IMG/VR virus record: IMGVR_UViG_3300024272_000023
DNA: 64,000 nucleotides
Direction: 5' to 3' (one strand)
Source of the DNA: a virus
Lineage: Duplodnaviria > Caudoviricetes
Position 1 is the first letter of the stretch; every line of letters starts with the position of its first letter. Both the position numbers and the translations under genes were made by a program. This document shows, one piece after another, positions 21,395-31,647 of the stretch. The notes beneath the pieces were generated by a model, which saw nothing but the letters and a program-made list of their open reading frames with translations, was not told where the DNA came from and searched no databases.

Positions 21395-21683
21395 ACACGC
21401 CAAAATGATTGCGAGGGGCACTCTGCCCCTTGCGACCTTAATGCTACCGTTGACGGTCACAAGTCCGTATGCAAAAAGCAGAGTGAGGTTCTTTGAAAAC
21501 TTGAATATTGCCCGTTGGCATTCGTGCCGACACTCTATGTCGCATAGCATAATTGCGTCTTGGTCCTGCCAGACCTGTTTCTTGCGCTTATCTTATGCTG
21601 TCCTTGCGTCATAGTTCTGCTCTTAGCTGGGCTTTGCAATATTTGGGTGAGTGCTATGCTCATTGAAAACTGAACGAAAAAAT

Positions 21684-22510
21684 AGGTCAATGCTTTAGTA
21701 GCGCAATGATGGTATATCCATATTCTGTCGGATTTTTGACGGAATAACTGTGCCCATAGGGATATGGGAGTGGTATCTTGACCGATACTGCGCCAACACA
21801 GGTGGTGAGGAGATTTGCGTGGACGGGTATACTTAGGTGTGGGGGGAGCGTCACCCTCTCTGCAAGTCTATGCACGCTTGCAGCCTGTTCGACACACTCG
21901 TTACGATACTTCTATTCTTGTGGTCTGCGTATTGCTGCCTACAACCGCATAAATGCTATTGCGGGGGTAGTCTATACGTTTGCACTACGGTTGTGCAGTG
22001 GAGTTGGCTCAAAATCATTGCGACCTTGACGGGTTGCTTTGCCAAAATGCCCAGAAATAGCGGATACGTTATACCTGATTATGGGGTAGGCGGCGCATAT
22101 AGGTGAATTATGCACCTATGCCGTCGGAAGGGTCGAGTCGTCTAATAGACCCTTGCCAAGAGCAAGATAAAAACGAGCACCACGTGTAGAGTCGGTGCAC
22201 CTGAAATCAGAGCGATAGTTGTAAGATACTATCCTTGCGCAAGCAAGAACGGGGAACTTTGGCGAGCCCTGCCCAAAAGGCTATGTAGAGATGCATAATG
22301 GAAGTATGAAAGCAATGGGTGAAAGTCCCAATTCCGCCACGCAGCTAACAGACTGCGGAAAAATTAGCAATACAATGTAGAGAATAAATGGGAGGCTTGG
22401 AAGCGCCATCATCAGGTGTCGTGGAGCCGTCAGTGGGATACCATTCTTTGTGGGCTATCTGTAGAATTGAATATACACCAAGGGCACGAGTGTTTGTATT
22501 CGTGTCCTTT
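21684..22510 (+). ncRNA. candidate large structured ncRNA (~830 nt)
   Basis: GC-richer, no credible ORF, more than ten stems including long-range 21702-21710/22014-22022, GNRA loop, boxA-like element upstream, terminator at the end. Confidence 0.55.
22480..22510 (+). terminator. intrinsic terminator
   Basis: AAGGGCACGAG...TTCGTGTCCTTT. Confidence 0.6.
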
Positions 22511-22556
22511 ATTGTGTACTCAATGCACAAAAATTATCATAAAAGGAGAGATTATT

Positions 22557-23507
22557 ATGTTATCAATAGAATTATGTGAAGCACCAGCTCCAAACGCAAC
22601 TCAAAGATTTATCGAGAGGTTGCAAGAAAAATATAACAACGCAATCCCTATATTTGGAGGCGCTATCTTTTTGGATGGCTCTGATATTTATAATGTTGCA
22701 ACATACTTGCCAGCAATCATCAGAAATGCCGAGTTTTTCAGGTGGCACGACACACTTGCTAACGCTTGTCGTCAATTCTGCCACTGCTTATTCATAGACC
22801 CAATGCTTATGGAAGCCTATATTGGCTCAAGTTTTGAAGATTTTGTGGAGGGATTATTATGTTTAGACTTAGACGTATAAACCGTCAGTATATCGTAACT
22901 TACGAAAAGGTTGATTATGTTTTTGCTCACCTTCAGCATGCGTGGGCTTTTATTTTTACAATAAGAAAGGACACAATGAAATGAACGAACACTCTATTCG
23001 TCAGCTTGCGGCCGCCGTAACTTTACAGGCGGTCAAAGACTTCTTTAATGGTTCTGCGGCCAAAAAGAAGATTATCCTCGCAGACCTGCGTTCTAATTGG
23101 ATGCAGGCATTTACAGGCGGAACTTCCGTCAATGTCGCAGAACAACTCGAAAAGAATCCCGAAGAAATCAGAGAGAGATTTCGTAGGCACGAAAGGAGCG
23201 AGTTATGGACTTAATGGAACTCGCAGATTTTATCGCAGATGAGGTGCCAATTCCTCAAAAGAAATACAAAGCCACCGCTTATCTTGAGCGTTGTCTGCGT
23301 GGAGCAATTGATGGAATTGATACCGACGACAAGGCGATGATCGATGAATTTGTTTGGGAAAATTGCCAGGCAGGACATACCTGTGAGGTATTATATGTCG
23401 AAACGGGCAAGCGCAGAGTATTCTATGGTGATAAATTCACCACAACAACAATGAGTATTGAAGAGTTGCTTGGTGATTTGCATCTCGAACAATGTGAACA
23501 AATGTAA
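22557..23507 (+). other. three hypothetical ORFs (about 22557-22880, 22981-23214, 23205-23507)
   Basis: RBS-led ORFs. Confidence 0.6.
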
Positions 23508-23585
23508 TTTATGTTACCAAGCCACAGGGTGTGGCAAAAAAATAAATAAAATAATGCCAAAAGGCGAAAAGGAAGGTACAAACAA

Positions 23586-24011
23586 ATGACAATCAACATT
23601 CAGAAAGCATCCAACGTGAACGTAACCGGACACCACAACAACAAGAACTGTAAAGCCATTTACAACATCACAACCGGTGAAATCTATGCATCAGGACTTG
23701 ATGCCGCAAAGGCACTCGAAGTAGACCCCGGTACAATCAGCGCCGTTATAAACGGAAAGATCAAAACCTGCAAAGGAATGAGACTCTGCCTCGTTTCAAA
23801 GATGATGGAGCATCTCGAAGAAATCACTGCACAGAACCGCATACGTGCCGAAAAGATAGCCGCTTATGATGCAATTATTGCAGAGCAGAATGCCAAGAAG
23901 ATGGCAAAGGAAAACCTCGCAAAGCACCAGGCAAACATAGAGGCACTGCGGCTCAAGCTCGAGCAAGAAGAGAGACTCATGCAGGAAGCACAGGCACTGT
24001 GTGACATTTAA
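23586..24011 (+). CDS. NUMOD1/HTH DNA-binding protein with coiled-coil tail
   Basis: KAIYNITTGEIYAS..DAAKAL.V....IS.V..GK.KT.KG. Confidence 0.65.
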   Translation: MTINIQKASNVNVTGHHNNKNCKAIYNITTGEIYASGLDAAKALEVDPGTISAVINGKIKTCKGMRLCLVSKMMEHLEEITAQNRIRAEKIAAYDAIIAEQNAKKMAKENLAKHQANIEALRLKLEQEERLMQEAQALCDI

Positions 24012-24157
24012 TATTTGTAATCTATTAATATATATAGAAAGGATGTGGTTCCATTGTGCTACTAAACATTAACCCTAACGCATTCTCTTAAACACAAAAC
24101 AAACAAACAATAAAACAAACAAAAGAAAAAATTTAAAAGAAGAAAGGTAATTTTACT

Positions 24158-24709
24158 ATGCTTACTATCAACACTATCATTCGCCCCCTCACCACCGCTG
24201 ACTCCGAGTACTCCGTATGTGGCTATTCTGTTCTCCAGAAGGCTAAGGTCGTTGAGGTTTTCCCTCGCAAGGCAAACGGCAACAACATCAAGATTGAAAT
24301 TCTTGAGCACGTTAATCCCGACAAGGTCGGCAAGAAGTACACTGTTGATGACAGATACTTCGAGGCTGTCGAGCTTGAGTGGATTTGGGTTGATGCCTAC
24401 AAGGGCACCGATGCTAACATGACTTGCAAGGGTAAGAAGTACAGAATGGGCGTTGAGGACACCTATGGCGACAATGTTGTACTTGGTTCCAAGGGTTATC
24501 ACGTTTGCACCAATCTGCAGCACTGCTTCAGAAACTATGATTACGACTTCAAGAACCGTTTCTTCAAAGTTAAGGCTCTCGTAAACGCTAAGGAATATCA
24601 GTACCGTAACCCCAACAACACCACACTTGTTGCTAAGGCAATCAAGTTTGTGAGCGAAATCACTACCGACCCTGCGACCATCGCCGCAAAGCGTGCGTCC
24701 ATACAGTAA
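24158..24709 (+). CDS. conserved phage protein, paralog of 12075-12770
   Basis: WVDAYKGTDANMTC...GYHVC...RFFKVKALV; strong codon bias. Confidence 0.75.
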   Translation: MLTINTIIRPLTTADSEYSVCGYSVLQKAKVVEVFPRKANGNNIKIEILEHVNPDKVGKKYTVDDRYFEAVELEWIWVDAYKGTDANMTCKGKKYRMGVEDTYGDNVVLGSKGYHVCTNLQHCFRNYDYDFKNRFFKVKALVNAKEYQYRNPNNTTLVAKAIKFVSEITTDPATIAAKRASIQ

Positions 24710-24744
24710 TCACATAACAATGGCTAAATAATTAGCCACGCACC

Positions 24745-24773
24745 AAGGGGCTGTCATTTAGATAGCCCCTTTC
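24745..24773 (+). terminator. intrinsic terminator
   Basis: AAGGGGCTGTC-ATTTA-GATAGCCCCTTT. Confidence 0.7.
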
Positions 24774-24842
24774 TCAACTTTGAAAACTCAAAGCGCAAGC
24801 TTTTAATATATAAATAAAAAAATACAAAGGAGAAACAAAATT

Positions 24843-25952
24843 ATGCCTAAAATTACATTGGAAGAGTTTTTTAACAAAGACACAATCAGAATTATCGAAT
24901 GTACCACAAAAGAACAGTCAGATGTTGTACGTAAAGCGTTTGCTGCTATTGGAGCAAAGTGGAGTAGTGGTGATAGTTACCTCACTTTAGATTATTGGAA
25001 TAAGCAAACAAGGTATATGAATTATAATAATCAAGGTCTTTGGAGTGGAATGCGACCCTCTTCTCGGAGTAATGTATACAGCTTTGACGACATCGTCGAG
25101 TTTTCATCTGACCCAATATCAGAGACCGAGCCTGAGCCCGAACCCGAGCCCGACCCCAATCAGCTGAGAGTTTTACTTCGCGGCGATTATTGCTGGCATG
25201 ACGCTTGCTGGGACATTCAGAGTAACAAATTTTCTGTCGATGGCAATATTGTTAAACATACCAGCATTGTTTCCATCGAAAATTACCCACATGAAAAATA
25301 TGTGAGGTGCACAAAGTGCGGCAGTATTATCAAGAATACGAAAAAGGCCATTCAGGAACACGCTCAGTTGGCATTGAGTAGTAAGGCGTGTTTGACGTGT
25401 AGGTACTTAAACGGCCGTACCATGAAGAATCTTAAAGAGTCATTAACCAAAAATGCTGACGGAGTATACATTAAAACGATGAAGTCCGAGTGTTTGTTAA
25501 CTTGCGGCTACGCTTATAGTAACTCTTCTATTGACGATGTTGATGCAAGAAATAAGTGTCAATATAGACATTGTGGTGCCGACACTGTTGGTCTCATCGA
25601 CAACTTCTTCGCCAAGTATCCTGGAGCATTTGATGATATGGCAACTGTAGATGCTCTTGATATGAGTGAGTGGCAGATTAATTGTAGACACGCCGGTAAC
25701 GCTTTAGAATTTAAATGGACAGGTCGCTATAGTCTTTATGTACATACGACCGGCCTAGGAATCATTGATCGATTTGAGTGCAATTACCGCAATAATATCT
25801 ATACAATTGTATATAGTAAGAAGTATGACAAAATGTTTACTTTTAATTGGGGGGAGTATTCAGAGTTCACCGCAACCAACTCACTGTTCTCTACACAATA
25901 TTATAATACGTTGATGAAAATTATGAGAAACATTTACAAAGGAGAAAATTGA
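24843..25952 (+). CDS. hypothetical Cys-rich protein
   Basis: 369 aa, AAGGAG RBS, PEPEPEP linker, CxxC pairs. Confidence 0.75.
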   Translation: MPKITLEEFFNKDTIRIIECTTKEQSDVVRKAFAAIGAKWSSGDSYLTLDYWNKQTRYMNYNNQGLWSGMRPSSRSNVYSFDDIVEFSSDPISETEPEPEPEPDPNQLRVLLRGDYCWHDACWDIQSNKFSVDGNIVKHTSIVSIENYPHEKYVRCTKCGSIIKNTKKAIQEHAQLALSSKACLTCRYLNGRTMKNLKESLTKNADGVYIKTMKSECLLTCGYAYSNSSIDDVDARNKCQYRHCGADTVGLIDNFFAKYPGAFDDMATVDALDMSEWQINCRHAGNALEFKWTGRYSLYVHTTGLGIIDRFECNYRNNIYTIVYSKKYDKMFTFNWGEYSEFTATNSLFSTQYYNTLMKIMRNIYKGEN

Positions 25953-25953
25953 T

Positions 25954-27270
25954 ATGAATAAGAACCAACTTAAGACAACGTGGGGACAATATGTTGACAC
26001 TGATAAGATGGTCGATGATATTATGGCACTACTCACAACATATAAACATCGCAATACAGAACATGGCGTGTGTACGATGTTAAACACCTTTTTTATTAAC
26101 AAGGAGCCTTTAATTCAGAAATTTATTTCTTCGCCTCATTATGTAGGCAATTTGCGCATTGGACTGCGGCAAGAGTTTGCTCGTTCCAATAATGCAAATG
26201 ACGTGTCGAGATTTTGCCGTCACTTTGAGACAAATGTTGGTTCGAATGATATCATTCTGAGTCGCATGGATGAACACGGTAAAACAATGACAGACTATAT
26301 GATGACCGGCGCCAAAATTGTTGATGCAAAGAAGTTGCATGATAAAACATTCATAAATCAGATAAGAAGTACTCGCGGCAGCATGATAGATTTTGACGAT
26401 GTTGGTTATACAAAAAAGTCAAAACAAGCAGCACGAACATTTCACGAAATAATGTCTGAAGGTTTTGCGTATTTTACACGTCCGTCATTAGACAGCTCCG
26501 TTGTCAAGACCATACATGATCGCGACAGCAGCTTAAAGCTTGCGCCAGGTTTGAAAACAAGCCGAGCATTTAATCGTGTTTGTGAAGCATATGGCGTTAC
26601 AAAGGCGGAAAATTACAACAAGTTGTTTGCTCAATACGCAGATTTGGTATCAGATTTGAAGAAAGAGCTCGACTTTTATATCAGCCTTAATCCTTATGAT
26701 TATTTAACTATGAGCTTCGGCAACAGTTGGGCAAGTTGTCACACTATTGACAAGATGAATATTCGTAATATGCCTACTTCTTACAGCGGAGGATACTGCG
26801 GCGGAACATTAAGCTATATGCTTGACAAGACTTCTATTATTACTTTTGTGGTCGATAAGGATGCCGATGTGCAGCAGAGTGGTAAGATTTATCGCAATAT
26901 GTTCCACTTTGGAAACAATATGTTGATGCAGTCAAGAGTATATCCTCAGTCAAATGACGGTGGCAATGACCTGTATAAATCGTTCCGCGATATTGTACAA
27001 GCCGAATTTGCGCTTATGCTCGGTTTGGCTAATAATTCATGGGACCACCTTGGCAATCGTGATGAATGCAATAAGCGAGTAACTTCAGATGGTGTTCATT
27101 ATCCAGACTATATTTATAGGGACGATTGTAACATCTCTTGTCCCACAGAGCTCCGTAACAAAGTTCGCGCCAACAGTCACATGAAAGTTGGTCACACAGG
27201 AATCTGTTCTTATTGCGGTAGAGAAATTGATTCTTCTAATCGTATTTGTCACGATTCGTGTCACATTTAA
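25954..27270 (+). CDS. conserved phage hypothetical protein
   Basis: 438 aa; ISLNPYDYLTMS.GNSW.SCH and RVYP motifs; C-terminal CxxC. Confidence 0.75.
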   Translation: MNKNQLKTTWGQYVDTDKMVDDIMALLTTYKHRNTEHGVCTMLNTFFINKEPLIQKFISSPHYVGNLRIGLRQEFARSNNANDVSRFCRHFETNVGSNDIILSRMDEHGKTMTDYMMTGAKIVDAKKLHDKTFINQIRSTRGSMIDFDDVGYTKKSKQAARTFHEIMSEGFAYFTRPSLDSSVVKTIHDRDSSLKLAPGLKTSRAFNRVCEAYGVTKAENYNKLFAQYADLVSDLKKELDFYISLNPYDYLTMSFGNSWASCHTIDKMNIRNMPTSYSGGYCGGTLSYMLDKTSIITFVVDKDADVQQSGKIYRNMFHFGNNMLMQSRVYPQSNDGGNDLYKSFRDIVQAEFALMLGLANNSWDHLGNRDECNKRVTSDGVHYPDYIYRDDCNISCPTELRNKVRANSHMKVGHTGICSYCGREIDSSNRICHDSCHI

Positions 27271-27290
27271 TATATATGGAGGGATTAAAA

Positions 27291-28280
27291 ATGAAGAAAT
27301 TTAAAGATTTTTGTTACATGACACAGGAAGGTGTCAAAGAATATATGTCCAAGTATCTGACCTATAAGAACTATGAAGTCATCGACGAAGATGGTTTCTT
27401 GTATGCAAAAGGTGATGTTCCTGTGTTGCTCGTTGCCCATATGGACACCGTACACAAGGAGCGCTGTTCTTCTATTGTTAAAGTTGGTGAGAAGCTCTCT
27501 TCTCCTCAGGGCATTGGAGGCGACGATAGATGTGGCGTGTTTATTATTGCAAACCTCATCAAGAAATATCATTGTTCTGTACTGTTGCTTGAAGACGAAG
27601 AAATTGGCACCGTTGGCGCAAGAAAGTTTACTAAAACCGAATACATCAATAATCTTGATGTTAACTTTATGATTGAGTTTGACCGCAAAGGTAACAATGA
27701 TGCGGTATTCTATAGCTGCGATAACAAGGACTTCACTGATTATGTGTTGGAACATACGGGATATAAGCTGGCAATCGGTTCGTTTACGGATATTTCCGTG
27801 CTCATGCCTGAAAGTAAGTTGTGCGGTGTTAATCTATCCTGTGGTTACTACAATCCTCATACTACCAACGAATATGTCAATTATAACGAGATGCTTGATA
27901 CTATTGAGGCGGCAAAAGCCCTCATTACGGCTGAGTGCGAGAAACCGTTTGAGTATGTTGCTAAGACTTACCAGTATAGTAATTATAATTCTAATAGCCG
28001 TGCATATAATAACAATAATTCTAGTCGTCGTTCTATTTCCTACGATGATTATGACTATGCAGATGACATAAATGATGTGTATGGTGACGAAATCGACAGC
28101 TTACCTATCAAGGCAAGTAAGGACGTCTTTTTGGAACTCACCGTTGTTATAATCAACGAGGCAAAACAGGAAGAGTTTTTGTTTGCAACGGGTAAAACAA
28201 AAGCGGAGTGCTGGTTCGACCTGTTCACCTCTTATCCTGGCACGTGCTTCAATGATATTGTTGAGTATGAGTTTGAATGA
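27291..28280 (+). CDS. M20/M28-type zinc peptidase-like protein
   Basis: AHMDTV, GGDDRCG, EEIG..G, EFDRKG, SFTDI, GYYNPH; start at MKKFK after GGAGG. Confidence 0.82.
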   Translation: MKKFKDFCYMTQEGVKEYMSKYLTYKNYEVIDEDGFLYAKGDVPVLLVAHMDTVHKERCSSIVKVGEKLSSPQGIGGDDRCGVFIIANLIKKYHCSVLLLEDEEIGTVGARKFTKTEYINNLDVNFMIEFDRKGNNDAVFYSCDNKDFTDYVLEHTGYKLAIGSFTDISVLMPESKLCGVNLSCGYYNPHTTNEYVNYNEMLDTIEAAKALITAECEKPFEYVAKTYQYSNYNSNSRAYNNNNSSRRSISYDDYDYADDINDVYGDEIDSLPIKASKDVFLELTVVIINEAKQEEFLFATGKTKAECWFDLFTSYPGTCFNDIVEYEFE

Positions 28281-28768
28281 GGCTTACGATAAAACAAATA
28301 AATAACGCTGACCTACGGCTTAAATGTGGAGAAAGAAGAAAATTTATGGCAAACATTAACACCACCAACACCAGAAAGAACGTAGTAGAAATCTACCAGG
28401 AACTCGCAAAGAATGGCGCCCTTATTGAGTACATTGTCATCAATGGACAGAAGGTAGGTATTCTCGGAAGTGTAAGCGAAAAAGACAGACAGAAGGCAAT
28501 TGAGGCAATTCAGATGGTACTCGATGCAAGTGGCGGAAACGTTTATGAGACGATACAGAAGCTCAACACTATCGCAACAATGACAGAGAAAGACATTGAA
28601 CCCGACGAAATGATTAATGTTCGTGGCAAAGACATCATCATCTCTTACAATGAGAGAGCCGCATATACCACAGATGGCAGAAAAATTGCAAATTGTGATG
28701 GACTGCCCATTATGCCTCACGAGGCAGTTAAGGCAGTGCTTATCGCAAGAGTCGAGGCACTCAGATAA
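28277..28768 (+). CDS. hypothetical protein (true start probably MANIN)
   Basis: ORF followed by terminator 28783-28810. Confidence 0.65.
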   Translation: MRLTIKQINNADLRLKCGERRKFMANINTTNTRKNVVEIYQELAKNGALIEYIVINGQKVGILGSVSEKDRQKAIEAIQMVLDASGGNVYETIQKLNTIATMTEKDIEPDEMINVRGKDIIISYNERAAYTTDGRKIANCDGLPIMPHEAVKAVLIARVEALR

Positions 28769-28782
28769 ACAATTCCATAACT

Positions 28783-28810
28783 AAGGTGCGGTGAAATACC
28801 CGCACCTTTT
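28783..28810 (+). terminator. intrinsic terminator
   Basis: AAGGTGCGG...CCGCACCTTTT. Confidence 0.7.
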
Positions 28811-28829
28811 CAACTAAAGATGAAAGGTA

Positions 28830-30896
28830 ATGAAAATGTTTGACTATAAAATTGACATAACGTTGCTCCCTGCTATGTGGATAACTTGGGCATCGACTAA
28901 AGGCGGCAAGTTCAACGAGCGCCATTGGCTCAATTGTAAGACAGGAAAGAAGAAAACTGCACCCGAAAAATGGATGTATTATCCTGATGAAAATCAGTTT
29001 GATAAATACACATATAGCACAGAAGGCCACATTGGTGTTGCGTGGAATAATCGCAACGACGATAAGATGTGGGTTAGGAGTGGCGCTGCAGTAAGATTTG
29101 CATATGTAAAATATCATAAAAGAGAAGATGTGCTCGAAGTTGCCGTTGTTGGCATTGATACTACCAGAAAGATAGAACCGCATCCCTGGAAATACCTCGG
29201 CGATAGATATTTCATTCGCAGAGATAAGACAATTGTAAATCAAAATGGACTTACATGTTCATCATACTATATGTATGAAGGTCATACTGCGTGGAACCCG
29301 AATATAATGTTCTCTATGTTGTGCCGACTTATTTATAACAACCACGCCGTTGACGAATTTAAGAAGTTTATTGGTCAAGACTTTTTCACCATAGGAAATG
29401 GTAGAGGTATTGACATTACAGGTTTATGGGATCTTCAAGAGTGGTACAAAACCAAGCAGAGAGGAGTAATAAAAGGTTCAGCGCAACAGATGGTAGATTC
29501 TCTTGTCGAACTTCCTCTGAGTGATATTACAGATAAAATTAGTTCTCATACTATAGGCAGATGGTGCAAGGCGGCATATTTTGAGAGAGTTAACGACGAG
29601 TGGAGCGTCATAAGAATATTTTCACCATATGGAACAGAAATGAACCGTATGTATATTAGCGACGATGGAAAGAATCGTTTTGCTACATATGATCATAAAG
29701 ATTGGATTGTCTGCAATACTCCTCAATATAAATACAACGACATATCATTCATCAATAGTGAAGATGGAATAAATAATTGTAAGCGTATTAAGTATGCAAT
29801 GGAAGCCATTGATAATATTGATGATAAATATCGTGTGAACTGTCTGTTTGCAGTGCTTAGAATGCCCGAGCTTGAACAGCTGGCGAAACTTGATTGCAAA
29901 GACTCTATTAAGAGAATTGTGATGCAGACATATCACAAAGCCGAGCTTAAACATTGGGCAGGAGACTATTACAATGAAAAAGAAAAGAATATTCTGCGCA
30001 AAATTGGTCTAAACAGAAATCAGTTGAGCTGTTACGCTAAACAAACCACTGAAAGCGGATATTATTATTCATATTGCGAACGAGCACTCACAGATATGCG
30101 CAAAATGTTTGGTAATGATTTGAGCCACCTTGATATTACAACTTTTGAAAGATATCTCAAGGGTTTATATAAAATCAGAAGTAATATATGGCGCGACCTT
30201 AGAGACCAGGCGGTATATTTCCGTTTTGAGTACGATAAGTTTGTTAAGAATCTTATTCGTCTTGGAGACAAGAATGATCAGGTTTATCGCTTAGTTAATG
30301 ATACTATGTCACAAGCAAGAAGCCTTAACGCCGGAACGTGTCCCACAATAAATTGGTACTTTGATGATTATTCTGACCTTGTTAGAGCGCACGATGCACT
30401 TGTTGCATTAAAGAATGCACAGGACGCAGAGCGTAGAGCATACTATGAACTCAGCGTGCAGGAGCGTCAGAAAAAGGATGAAGAGAAGCGTAAAAAGATA
30501 GATAAAGAGCGCAAGCAGTATGAATATGAAGATGATTTGTATATCATACGTTTGCCCAAAGATTCTACTGAAATCGTTGATGAAGGCACAAAGCAGCATA
30601 TCTGCATTGGAGCCTATACCAGTCGTCACGCCGAAGGACATACAAATCTGTTCTTCCTGCGTGCAAAGAGTAATCCCGATAAGCCTTTCTATGCAATCGA
30701 GATGAACAATCATAAGACTATTGTTCAGATTCACGGCTTCGGTAATTCGTGGCTTGGAAATCACCCTGACGCTATTCCTACGGTAATCCGTTGGCTTCGC
30801 AAGAATGGTATATCTTGTAGCGACCAAATTCTTACTTGTACCGCAAAGGGATACGGTCGCGTAAATAGCTATGTGCCGATGCCAATAGTAGATTAA
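28830..30896 (+). CDS. PcfJ-domain protein
   Basis: C-terminal AHD...IRLPK...EG..QHICIGAY...LFFLR...PFYAIE...QIHGFGN. Confidence 0.75.
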   Translation: MKMFDYKIDITLLPAMWITWASTKGGKFNERHWLNCKTGKKKTAPEKWMYYPDENQFDKYTYSTEGHIGVAWNNRNDDKMWVRSGAAVRFAYVKYHKREDVLEVAVVGIDTTRKIEPHPWKYLGDRYFIRRDKTIVNQNGLTCSSYYMYEGHTAWNPNIMFSMLCRLIYNNHAVDEFKKFIGQDFFTIGNGRGIDITGLWDLQEWYKTKQRGVIKGSAQQMVDSLVELPLSDITDKISSHTIGRWCKAAYFERVNDEWSVIRIFSPYGTEMNRMYISDDGKNRFATYDHKDWIVCNTPQYKYNDISFINSEDGINNCKRIKYAMEAIDNIDDKYRVNCLFAVLRMPELEQLAKLDCKDSIKRIVMQTYHKAELKHWAGDYYNEKEKNILRKIGLNRNQLSCYAKQTTESGYYYSYCERALTDMRKMFGNDLSHLDITTFERYLKGLYKIRSNIWRDLRDQAVYFRFEYDKFVKNLIRLGDKNDQVYRLVNDTMSQARSLNAGTCPTINWYFDDYSDLVRAHDALVALKNAQDAERRAYYELSVQERQKKDEEKRKKIDKERKQYEYEDDLYIIRLPKDSTEIVDEGTKQHICIGAYTSRHAEGHTNLFFLRAKSNPDKPFYAIEMNNHKTIVQIHGFGNSWLGNHPDAIPTVIRWLRKNGISCSDQILTCTAKGYGRVNSYVPMPIVD

Positions 30897-31191
30897 ATAA
30901 TCAACTCCGCCCCTTGAGGTGCAAGGGTTACACCAGAGGGCAAATAAACAATAGCAATTCAACCCCGAAGAAGTACAGGGTACGGTGTGGGCCGTTGAGG
31001 TCTTCGGAGATGTGCGATCAGAAAAGGCGAATTGCGGCGGATAATATATCTTAAAGGAAGTGAATCAAAATGAAACTTAATGACATCCTCATGTCAATAA
31101 TCTTAGCCGAAATAATTATCGCAATACCCATACTCTTAGGCATCTATGTTTGGAGTATGGTTGCTTTTGTATAAGAAAGGAATAAACGAAA

Positions 31192-31647
31192 ATGTCAGAA
31201 AAAATTACACAGGAAGAATGGGCAGAAACTAATCGCAAAATGTCTGAAATGTTCCGTGAGATAGAGGAAGAAACCATTAGAAAGATGTCTCTGTGGATGC
31301 GAATGAACTACTACGGTAACAAACTTGGTAGGGCAATCAATGACGGACACAAAGATGAAGACGTCAAGTGGGATCACATCAACGAGATGCTCACAAAAGA
31401 CCTGAGTGTCTTCGACTACAATATGTTCGAGCCCGTACATTCCTTTGAAGAATTCAGCGATTTGAGGTTTGAGGTCATAGCAGCATCCGAGGGAATTGGT
31501 CCTTGGCACAAGCACAAGTGCAAGGACTGCGGTAAGGAATTCTATATGCAACATAACGAAGTTCAGTTCTATCAGGACAAGGAATTGAATTTGCCCAAGA
31601 GATGCAAGGAATGTCGCGAAAAACGCAAGGGAGAAACGCACAAATGA
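31192..31647 (+). CDS. zinc-ribbon domain protein
   Basis: CKDCGKEF...FYQDKELNLPKRCKECR. Confidence 0.75.
   Translation: MSEKITQEEWAETNRKMSEMFREIEEETIRKMSLWMRMNYYGNKLGRAINDGHKDEDVKWDHINEMLTKDLSVFDYNMFEPVHSFEEFSDLRFEVIAASEGIGPWHKHKCKDCGKEFYMQHNEVQFYQDKELNLPKRCKECREKRKGETHK

Noticed and set aside
20654-21550. 298 aa minus-strand ORF
   Set aside because: Shadow of the codon-biased plus-strand gene 20693-21394; Leu/Cys/Val-rich composition typical of antisense frames.
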